Origin: an uncultured Alphaproteobacteria bacterium
Lineage (GTDB): Bacteria; Pseudomonadota; Alphaproteobacteria; Rhizobiales; Xanthobacteraceae
NCBI GenBank assembly: GCA_963791955.1
Contig: CAWBUO010000005.1
Span: 72,467 to 136,466 of the forward strand
Length of the DNA stretch: 64,000 nucleotides
Direction of reading: 5' to 3'
In this document: piece by piece, positions 56,781-64,000 of the stretch
Layout: each line of letters begins with the position of its first letter
Numbering within the stretch: position 1 is the stretch's first letter
Position numbers and translations under genes: made by a program
Notes under the pieces: generated by a model
Databases searched by the model: none
The model's input: only the letters and a program-made list of their open reading frames with translations
Told to the model about the DNA's origin: nothing

Positions 56781-57486
56781 AATAGACGCGCGATACCTCC
56801 GCCTCCTCGGCGATGATCTGGGGCGGGCCCTCTGCTATTCTTTGCCCGAGATGCAGCACTACAATTCGATCAGAAAGTGCCATCAAGGCGCGCATCACAT
56901 GTTCGATAACGATCAGCGTTAGCCCAAGATCACTCCGGAGCATGCGCACGATTTCAACCATTTCGACGACTTCGAGCGGCGTGAGCCCGGCCATCACCTC
57001 GTCGAGCATTACGAGTTTGGCGCCGGTCGCTATAGCGCGGGCAATCTCTAATCGTTTCTGTCCTGAAAGCGTAAGCTCGCTTGCCAAATCACCGGCACGA
57101 TCGAGCAAATTGACAATTCTCAGCGCATCGCGCGCGGCCGCATCGACCTGACGCGCTGCGCTGAGCGAGCGTGCGCCGAAGCGTGCGGCGGTAGCGGCGT
57201 TCTCCAAGACGGTAAGGCCTAGGAAAGGTCGGACGACCTGAAAGGTCCTGGCAATCCCGCGGCGCGCGATTTGATCGGGGCGCAGGCCGAGCAATGACTC
57301 CCCCTGCCAAAAGATCTCGCCGGCATTGGGACGCGTGTTGCCTGCGATCACGGCGAATAGGGTGGTCTTACCAGCGCCGTTTGCGCCCATCAGCCCGACG
57401 ATTTCGGCAGGTCTAACTTGGAAGCTCACGTCTTCGAGCGCAGTGACGCCGCCGAACCGCTTCGAAATGTTGCGCAGTTCCAACAT
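56758..57486 (-). CDS. ABC transporter ATP-binding protein (LivG-like)
   Basis: GANGAGKTT, LSGQKRLEIARA, LVMLDE. Confidence 0.85.
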   Translation of the reverse strand: MLELRNISKRFGGVTALEDVSFQVRPAEIVGLMGANGAGKTTLFAVIAGNTRPNAGEIFWQGESLLGLRPDQIARRGIARTFQVVRPFLGLTVLENAATAARFGARSLSAARQVDAAARDALRIVNLLDRAGDLASELTLSGQKRLEIARAIATGAKLVMLDEVMAGLTPLEVVEMVEIVRMLRSDLGLTLIVIEHVMRALMALSDRIVVLHLGQRIAEGPPQIIAEEAEVSRVYFGSHGDA

Positions 57487-57489
57487 CGG

Positions 57490-58386
57490 TCAGCGTGCTC
57501 GCCTGATTAGGCCGCTTAGACCTTCGGGAAGGAAACGAACGAAGATTAACAATAGAATGCCGAGGATCAGCATGTAACCTTGTGGTGCGACATCCCAGAG
57601 TAGTTCGGACAATCCGGTGAGGAGAGCCGCTCCGAGCACTGGCCCGCGGAGGTCGTCCGAGCCACCGATGATGGTCATCGCTATCATCGAAAACGAAATC
57701 ATGGGGTCGAAAGCGGTGCTTGGTTCGAAATAAGTGGCTCGGAGCGCCATGACGCCGCCAACCGATCCCGGGATGGCAGCCGAGATTACGAATGCGGTGA
57801 GCTTATAGCGGGCGGCGGGAACGCCGAGGGTTTCCGCGGCTTCCTCGTCTTCCCGCAGTGCGCGTAACCCATGCCCGAGCCTGTTCGACCGCACGGCGGC
57901 GCCAACGAGTGTGGCGATCAAGGCTAAGCCCAGCAGGACATAGAAGATTACGATCGGGTCGGGCGCGCCAAGGATTAGCCGGCTAGCGTGTCCGAGCGCG
58001 GCTTCGATTGCGATTAACGTGTATTTGACCAACTCCGCGATACCGAATGTCAGAATGACAAAATATGGCCCGCGAACTCGTAACACCGGCAGGCCGATCA
58101 CGAATGCAAAAGCAGCGGCGAGGAGTGCGGCCAGCATTAACGCGAGCGGCAGAGGAACTACGTTCCAGGTTATTACTACCAAATACGCGCCGAGCCCGTA
58201 GAACACCACGTGGCCAAGCGAAATGTATCCGGAGAGCGCAGACAGAACTGCCCAGCTTTGCGCCAGTGCGATCGCCGCCATCAACGATATGCTGAACCCG
58301 ATCCAGTAATCGGTGGTAAAGGCCCCAGTCACTGCAACTGCGGCAAGGCCAGCCAGGATGAGGCCGAGGTCGAGCGACAGCCTCAT
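57490..58386 (-). CDS. Branched-chain amino acid-type ABC permease (LivM-like)
   Basis: Hydrophobic; LSGYISLGHVVFYGLGAY; 4-nt overlap with the upstream permease gene. Confidence 0.85.
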   Translation of the reverse strand: MRLSLDLGLILAGLAAVAVTGAFTTDYWIGFSISLMAAIALAQSWAVLSALSGYISLGHVVFYGLGAYLVVITWNVVPLPLALMLAALLAAAFAFVIGLPVLRVRGPYFVILTFGIAELVKYTLIAIEAALGHASRLILGAPDPIVIFYVLLGLALIATLVGAAVRSNRLGHGLRALREDEEAAETLGVPAARYKLTAFVISAAIPGSVGGVMALRATYFEPSTAFDPMISFSMIAMTIIGGSDDLRGPVLGAALLTGLSELLWDVAPQGYMLILGILLLIFVRFLPEGLSGLIRRAR

Positions 58387-59276
58387 CGGGCGATCTTGCC
58401 ACGTCCAAAAAATCCTTGAGGGCGAAACAGCAGAACGCCCACGAATACGCCGTAGAGCAGGATGGAGTGCCAGGTCGACGACGTCAGTGCAACGCCGTAG
58501 GTTTCAATCAGACCGAGGACTATCGCAGCAACGATGCCTCCGCCAAAACTGCCTAGGCCGCCCATAATCACCACGACAAAGGCTGCAATGGTGAAGGGAA
58601 ATCCCATGAACGGGGTGACCTGATCGCTCATTGAGATGAGCGTTCCGGCAACGGCAGCGGACCCAAAGCCGACGACAAAGCTCGCAGTCTGCACCATGTC
58701 GATATCAACACCCACTATGGCGGCGGCCTCACGATCCTCGATTAAACCGCGAATGGCGAGGCCCCACGGGTGCCAGCGTAGGAACAGGAACACTGTGGTG
58801 ATCAGCGCAAGCGCGATCACCGCAGCTGCGAGCCGGTTTTCGGTTAGGGACACGTTGCCGACGCTGATCACTCGGTCGAGGTACTGATAGCCACGCGGCG
58901 TCGACGTAAACAGAAGGGCGACCCCGTTCTGCAAAATGATCGACAAGCCAAAGAACATCAACAACGAGTTTGATTCCAGCTGAGCGGTTCGCCGTCGCTC
59001 GAGCAGCATTCGGCGGAACAGACCCCTGTAGGCGGCTATGCCCAAGAAACTCGCCACCGCTGCGGTGAGAAAAAGTGACAGCAGCGGCGACAGACCCCAC
59101 AGCGTGAAGAGCCAGTAACCCCCGTAGCCACCGAGCATGACAAGATCGCCATGCGCGACGTTCAGCAAGCGCATGGTGCCGTAAACGAGGTTCAAGCCCA
59201 GCGCGACCAGCGCAAAGTTCGCAGCCGCTATTAACGCCGCAGCGGCAAGTTGGCCCGACAGCAGCGTGTTAATCAC
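58383..59276 (-). CDS. Branched-chain amino acid-type ABC permease (LivH-like)
   Basis: GTG 59276 gives VINTLLSGQLAAAALIAAANFALVALGLNLVYGTMRLLNVAHG. The 39-codon upstream extension is not protein-like. Confidence 0.8.
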   Translation of the reverse strand: MINTLLSGQLAAAALIAAANFALVALGLNLVYGTMRLLNVAHGDLVMLGGYGGYWLFTLWGLSPLLSLFLTAAVASFLGIAAYRGLFRRMLLERRRTAQLESNSLLMFFGLSIILQNGVALLFTSTPRGYQYLDRVISVGNVSLTENRLAAAVIALALITTVFLFLRWHPWGLAIRGLIEDREAAAIVGVDIDMVQTASFVVGFGSAAVAGTLISMSDQVTPFMGFPFTIAAFVVVIMGGLGSFGGGIVAAIVLGLIETYGVALTSSTWHSILLYGVFVGVLLFRPQGFFGRGKIAR

Positions 59277-59451
59277 GCGCGGATGGCCTCCATGCCGGGC
59301 GTTGCGGTGTGGTACAACATGCAAGCGGTCCAATTTGAAACCCCATGCTCGGATCAGCATGAGATGCAAAGTGTTCAACGAGCCGCACGACAAACGCGGC
59401 CTAACAGCTCGCGTACGTTAAAGTAGTAACTCTACCGAGAGGAGGTGTAGG

Positions 59452-60636
59452 TCAGTATCCTTTTTTAGGCTGCCACTGGGCAACGGCATCGTTCGGAGGC
59501 CAAATCTGTTGAGGCACACCGTTTTGGACCTGCAAAAAGCCAGCCGGTGTTACCAAGTTTTCGACGCCGGTAAACTGGATCGGACCGATAATGGTATCGA
59601 ACCGACCGTGAGCGATGGTATCGCGCAGCTTCTCTCGATCAAGACCGGCTACCTTTACAGCATCGGCCAGTATTTGGAGAGAGTTGTATGCCTCGATGCT
59701 GTCGAGATAGTCCGGCAGCTCCTTAACCTTCGCGATATAAGCGTCGTTGAAGGCTTGTGCCGCTGCATTGCGCTTTGGCGACCATTGCCCCATGGTGACG
59801 ATACCATCCGCGGCGGTGCCGAGCACCTTGTGGAAGAAGTCTGCGCCGGGACCGACTAGGCAGAACTGGAATGGCGAGGGGATGCCAAGCTCCTTTGCCG
59901 TGTGCACATAGGCTACAGAGTCTGGCGGATAGGCCAGCGCGATAACGCCGTCCGGCGCCGCCTGTTTCACCTTGCTCAATAGTGCTGTCATATCAGTTAG
60001 GCTTGGCGGATACTCCTCGTTAACCCGCACTTCGATTCCCTGTTCCTTCAACGTCGGTTCGAGATAGCCCTTCACCTCTTTGGTGAAGTCCAGCACATTC
60101 GAGATCAGAGCGATGGATTTAATGTTGCTTGCCTTGAGCAGCAACGGCAGTTGTTTGCCAACGTGGTCGGGGAAGTCCGCCGTGACAAACCAAATGTATC
60201 CAGGTTTTAGCTTGCGCAGCTCCGCGGACGCGGCGGAATTGCCGATCAATGGGAACTTGAAACGCTCGACCACAGGCGCGATTCCGATGTGCATCGAGGT
60301 GCCCCACGGGGCGAGTAGCAAATCTACTTTATCGTCAGTAATAAGTTTCTCGTAAATTTTGGCCGCCTGACCCGGGTTACCTTGATCGTCATACGACACG
60401 AACTCGATCGGCCGCTTTTGTCCAGCAACATTCAGGCCGCCGGCGCCGTTCACCTGGTCTTTCCAGAAATTATAGGTATCGACCTGCGACTGAGCCGCGG
60501 CGGCAAACATGCCGGTTTTAGCGATGGAAAAACCAAGCCGTACTGGCTTATCGGCGGAATAAAGAAGACTCGTACCTGTCACAGAGGCGGCGCTGGCTGC
60601 GGCGACGGTTGTCAGGAATTCACGACGGGTCGTCAT
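59452..60636 (-). CDS. ABC transporter substrate-binding protein (LivK/Peripla_BP_6 type) with Tat-like signal
   Basis: MTTRREFLTTVAAASAASVTGTSLLYSA; first gene of a six-gene minus-strand run. Confidence 0.85.
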   Translation of the reverse strand: MTTRREFLTTVAAASAASVTGTSLLYSADKPVRLGFSIAKTGMFAAAAQSQVDTYNFWKDQVNGAGGLNVAGQKRPIEFVSYDDQGNPGQAAKIYEKLITDDKVDLLLAPWGTSMHIGIAPVVERFKFPLIGNSAASAELRKLKPGYIWFVTADFPDHVGKQLPLLLKASNIKSIALISNVLDFTKEVKGYLEPTLKEQGIEVRVNEEYPPSLTDMTALLSKVKQAAPDGVIALAYPPDSVAYVHTAKELGIPSPFQFCLVGPGADFFHKVLGTAADGIVTMGQWSPKRNAAAQAFNDAYIAKVKELPDYLDSIEAYNSLQILADAVKVAGLDREKLRDTIAHGRFDTIIGPIQFTGVENLVTPAGFLQVQNGVPQQIWPPNDAVAQWQPKKGY

Positions 60637-60737
60637 CGGTAAGCTCCTCCTCGGTTGACTATTCACTCTTCCGGTGCCTTAGTTCTGCTCAGCGCGTGAG
60701 TGGCCTCTAATAACTCTACTAATCGCATTTGTTCAAT

Positions 60738-60769
60738 GTCAATAGAGAGGGTTACTCTCTTTTTGATTT
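60738..60769 (+). promoter_or_regulatory. Operator-like motif, copy 2 (between the transporter operon and amidohydrolase 2)
   Basis: GTCAATAGAGAGGGTTACTCTCTTTTTGATTT. It lies ~100 nt upstream of the SBP gene start (minus strand) and ~370 nt upstream of 61143 (plus strand). Confidence 0.45.
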
Positions 60770-61142
60770 TTTGTAATGGTGTTAGACGTAGCTCTCCTCC
60801 GACGTTCAAGTGCGCCGGCGCGTAGATTCTTCTAGAGCACTTCGACCGACCTCGTGCCCGTAAAGCTGGAGATCAAACGTATTGTCCAGGTTGAACTTTC
60901 GCTTGGAAAGTTGAGCAATGTGTCAATGGGAGATCAACGGTCGTCCGCTTTGGTACCAGACTAGGGCGATGGATCGGGGCTGAAGGCCGTGACAATAATC
61001 ACAGCAGAGAACGTGCCCTAACAATTTCCCCTCAGAAATACAGTCTCGCACAGCTAGAAGCGCGCTACGGATTTGCAATAAACTCGTCCGGCGAGTTTGC
61101 GGGCAGTCTATCAATGCACTAGCGCGCGACAGGGGATACAGA

Positions 61143-62657
61143 ATGCAACCGTCCAAAACTCTATTGCTAAAGGGCGGACGAGTATTTGATATTTCCACCC
61201 ATCCGCACGACGCGCCGGTCGCGGATATCCTAATCAGAGACGGAAGGGTGGTCGAAGTTGGAGCAGCGCTACGCTTCGACGAGCGGGCCGATACGCCGGC
61301 AATAATCGACGTTAGCGGCAAGCTCGTCGTCCCGGGATTTATTAACGCACATTATCATTCGCACGATACCTTTCTCAAAGGCTGCTTTGATCCATCGGTG
61401 CTTGAATTTTGGGCGCTCAATGCTCTGCCGCGCGCTTATCCGCCGCGCAGCAGCCAGGAGATCCGGCTGCGAACATTGCTCGGCGCTGTCGAATGCATTC
61501 GTGGCGGGATCACCACTGTGCAAGATATGCTCACGCTCTATCCGCTCACGGCCGAGCAAGTCGACGAGGTTCGCCGCGCCTACGATGATTCCGGCTTGAG
61601 GGTGATCCTTGGGCTCCAGGTCAGCGATGTGTCGCCACTCGATACGGTTCCTTACTGGCGCGACGTCATACCAGCCGAGTTGCAATCCACCTTAATGGGC
61701 GACCCGCCCGCGGCGGCAACCGATCCGATCGCGGTTATGGAAACAATTTTCGATAAGCCCGATCCAGACTCGCTTGTTCGGTGGGCGGTCTCGCCGTCCA
61801 GCCCAGAGCGCTGTAGCCGATCACTCATTGAGCGATTGTCGGATTTAGCCAAGCGATTCGATCTTCCGGTCTACTCGCATATCTACATCTCGCGCGCGGA
61901 GGCGCTTAACGCGCGCCTGAACTTCAAGGAGTTCGGCGGGTCGATGATCGAGTACCTACAAAGGGTGGGATTGCTTGGTCCAAAACTTACGCTTGCGCAC
62001 GGCGTTTGGCTCGATGAATCGGAAATCGAGAAGATCGCGGCGGCGAAGGCGAGCGTGGTTCTGAACCCGCTCAGCAATCTCAAAAACAAGAACGGCGTGG
62101 CGCCGATTCGTACGATGATTGCGGCGGGCGTCAACCTTGCGCTGGGCTGCGACAATTGCAGTTGCTCCGACGCCCAGAACATCTTTGAGGCCATGAAGCT
62201 GTTCACTTACCTCGCAGCGGTCAGCAATCCGGAAGAAGGTCCGCCGAACGCGATCGACGCTCTCCACGCCGCCACCATTGGTGGAGCGCACACGGCTGGC
62301 TTGGCGCAGGAGATGGGCGAAATCCGTCCGGGAATGCTGGCGGATATCGTAGTTCTCGATGCCAATGATCCGACCTATGTGCCGTTCAACAGCGCGGCGC
62401 GGCAGATCGTTTACGGCGAGAGCGGACGCGGCGTCGAGACCGTGATCGTCGCCGGGCGTGTCGTCATGCGTGATCGAGTTATCCAAACGGTGAATGAGCC
62501 AGCGCTACGTGCTGAGCTTGGCCAAGTCCTGCCGCAGTTCCGAAAGGATGCCGAGGTGGTGAATACTCGTACCGCTCGGCTCCGTCCGTACATCTTGGAA
62601 AGCGACCGAAAAATGTGGTCGCAGAATGTCGGTATGGATCGTTACGTTAGCCGTTGA
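61143..62657 (+). CDS. Amidohydrolase superfamily, ATZ/TRZ / aminohydrolase-chlorohydrolase type (copy 2)
   Basis: VVPGFINAHYHSHDTF (HxH), VYSHIYIS, LAHGVWL, LALGCDN. Confidence 0.8.
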   Translation: MQPSKTLLLKGGRVFDISTHPHDAPVADILIRDGRVVEVGAALRFDERADTPAIIDVSGKLVVPGFINAHYHSHDTFLKGCFDPSVLEFWALNALPRAYPPRSSQEIRLRTLLGAVECIRGGITTVQDMLTLYPLTAEQVDEVRRAYDDSGLRVILGLQVSDVSPLDTVPYWRDVIPAELQSTLMGDPPAAATDPIAVMETIFDKPDPDSLVRWAVSPSSPERCSRSLIERLSDLAKRFDLPVYSHIYISRAEALNARLNFKEFGGSMIEYLQRVGLLGPKLTLAHGVWLDESEIEKIAAAKASVVLNPLSNLKNKNGVAPIRTMIAAGVNLALGCDNCSCSDAQNIFEAMKLFTYLAAVSNPEEGPPNAIDALHAATIGGAHTAGLAQEMGEIRPGMLADIVVLDANDPTYVPFNSAARQIVYGESGRGVETVIVAGRVVMRDRVIQTVNEPALRAELGQVLPQFRKDAEVVNTRTARLRPYILESDRKMWSQNVGMDRYVSR

Positions 62658-62664
62658 AACGGAA

Positions 62665-63381
62665 TCAAACGCCGAGATACCGGTGGCGCATGTCAGCGTC
62701 GGAGCGCAAGGCTTCCGGAGCTGTGTCCAAGGCTATGCGGCCCTTATCCATAAGATAAATTCGCTGTGCAATCGCCAGCGCAAAGCCGAGCCGTTGTTCT
62801 GCGATCAGAAGACTAACGCCTTCATTGTGCAACGTGCGCAGCAGGTCCTGCAGCTCTTTGACCATTATCGGCGAAAGCCCCTCGGTCGGCTCGTCGAGCA
62901 GGATCATACTCGGGTTGCTGACTAACGCGCGAGCCGTGACCAGCATTTGTTGTTCACCGCCCGACAAGGTCTCGGAGCGTTGATCACGACGTTCGGCGAG
63001 CCGCGGAAACAATCGGTAGGCGCGATCGATGGACCAAACTTGTCCGAGTGTGCCGACGGATTTTGGGCGTGCGGCGACTTTGAGTGTCTCGTTGACAGTC
63101 AGTGAGCGGAAGATTCGACGGCCTTGCGGTACCAGCGCCATGCCGGCCTGGATGATGCGTTCGGGTGAGTGGCCGGAAATGTTCTTGCCGCAAAAGGAAA
63201 CTCGTCCGCGGGTGGGTGGGGTAAACGCAACAATGGAACGTATCAGCGTTGTTTTGCCGACGCCGTTCCTCCCGAGAACTGCGACGGTTTCGCCCGCTCG
63301 CACAGTCAGCGACACGCCCTGAAGGACGTAGCTGGCGCCGTAATAGGTGTGAATGTCTTCGACCTGCAATATCGAAGTCAT
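62665..63381 (-). CDS. ABC transporter ATP-binding protein (LivF-like)
   Basis: GRNGVGKTT, LSGGEQQ, MILLDEPT. Confidence 0.85.
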   Translation of the reverse strand: MTSILQVEDIHTYYGASYVLQGVSLTVRAGETVAVLGRNGVGKTTLIRSIVAFTPPTRGRVSFCGKNISGHSPERIIQAGMALVPQGRRIFRSLTVNETLKVAARPKSVGTLGQVWSIDRAYRLFPRLAERRDQRSETLSGGEQQMLVTARALVSNPSMILLDEPTEGLSPIMVKELQDLLRTLHNEGVSLLIAEQRLGFALAIAQRIYLMDKGRIALDTAPEALRSDADMRHRYLGV

Positions 63382-64000
63382 TCGCTAACTTCACCTAAAT
63401 AGATTGCTTGGATTTCCGGCTCGGAATGAATTGCAGCAGCATCACCCTCGGCGATGACTCTACCGCGGTTCATCACGGTGAAAGTTTCGCCGATCTCGAA
63501 GGCCACCCTCATGTCGTGCTCGATCATTATGATGGTTACGTCGCGGCCAAGCGTCTTGATCAGCGCGACGAGACTGGCGGTCTCGCTCGTGGACAGCCCC
63601 GCGGTCGGCTCGTCGAGAAGCAATACGCGTGGCCGATGAACCAATGCCATCGCAATCTCGAGTTTGCGCTGTGTGCCGTATGACAGGTCTCCGACTAGGG
63701 CTCGCCGGTCGCTGTCAAGTTGCCACTGGGCAAGCACAGCTTCGACATGGTCTTTAGCTTCGGCAAAAGTTTCTGCGTTGCGCAAGAGATTATAGCGGTG
63801 CGGCAGAATTCCCTGAACTGCGAGATAGATATTTTCCTCAACTGATTGGTTGTAGAATAGAGAAGTAATTTGAAATGTCCGCGCCAATCCTGCGCGAGCC
63901 CGCCGGTATGGCGGCCACATGGTCACGTCCTGATCAAAGAAGCTGATCTGACCCTCTCGGGGCAGCAATTGCCCGCCAATCATGTTGAATAGGGTCGTTT
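63378..64000 (-). CDS. ABC transporter ATP-binding protein (LivG-like), 5' end beyond the window
   Basis: The frame stays open to the window edge and reads ...TTLFNMIGGQLLP (end of Walker A). LSYGTQRKLEIAMAL, VLLLDEPT. Confidence 0.85.
   Translation of the reverse strand, partial: TTLFNMIGGQLLPREGQISFFDQDVTMWPPYRRARAGLARTFQITSLFYNQSVEENIYLAVQGILPHRYNLLRNAETFAEAKDHVEAVLAQWQLDSDRRALVGDLSYGTQRKLEIAMALVHRPRVLLLDEPTAGLSTSETASLVALIKTLGRDVTIIMIEHDMRVAFEIGETFTVMNRGRVIAEGDAAAIHSEPEIQAIYLGEVSE

Noticed and set aside
1-64000. CRISPR arrays, rRNA genes, intact tRNA genes, and defence-system genes (restriction, retron, CBASS-like, toxin-antitoxin)
   Set aside because: I saw no regularly spaced direct repeats, no rRNA-like segments, and no complete cloverleaf. 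I also saw no proteins with nuclease, RT, cyclase or toxin motifs. This was a visual scan only and is not exhaustive.

Overview
High-GC alphaproteobacterial-type DNA; the gene content looks Bradyrhizobiaceae-like, which is an inference. There are three zones. (1) 1-22.3 kb: decayed mobile-DNA remnants at the far left (a paralogous gene end and a DUF1281-like/esterase chimera), a TetR gene and a Liv-type ABC importer. Next comes a complete coenzyme F420 biosynthesis operon (cofE-cofD-cofC-fbiC), co-oriented with a luciferase-like oxidoreductase and a cupin. Orphan solute-binding proteins, a LuxR-type regulator, an NADPH:F420 oxidoreductase and a MetE-like gene follow. (2) 22.3-39.5 kb: a visibly AT-richer accessory tract. 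It opens with two tandem 3' tRNA fragments (Arg-ACG-like and Val-CAC) and a tyrosine integrase broken up by IS5-type and IS110-type insertions. It also holds IS5/IS21 remnants, many truncated or frameshifted genes, and intact stress/redox cargo: a Ddn-type F420H2-dependent reductase, Hsp20, P450, a Rieske oxygenase, CsbD with an EcfG-type promoter, and a phasin. (3) 39.5-64 kb: a dense catabolic/transport supercluster. It has two paralogous NicX-like 2,5-dihydroxypyridine dioxygenases and a four-gene XDH-type molybdenum hydroxylase (CoxG-like, FAD, 2Fe-2S, Moco). It also has two ATZ/TRZ-type amidohydrolases, an amidase, an alpha/beta hydrolase, a GST, an SDR and a TetR regulator, plus one ribose-type ABC importer, one complete Liv-type importer and the start of another (ATPase genes only, cut by the window end). 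The best candidates for new biology are (a) a non-canonical pyridine-ring (maleamate-type) pathway tied together by a shared 32-nt operator-like motif, and (b) the F420 operon with its co-transcribed enzymes. I saw no rRNA, intact tRNA or CRISPR array. All calls rest on reading the translations and sequence by eye; no database search was run.
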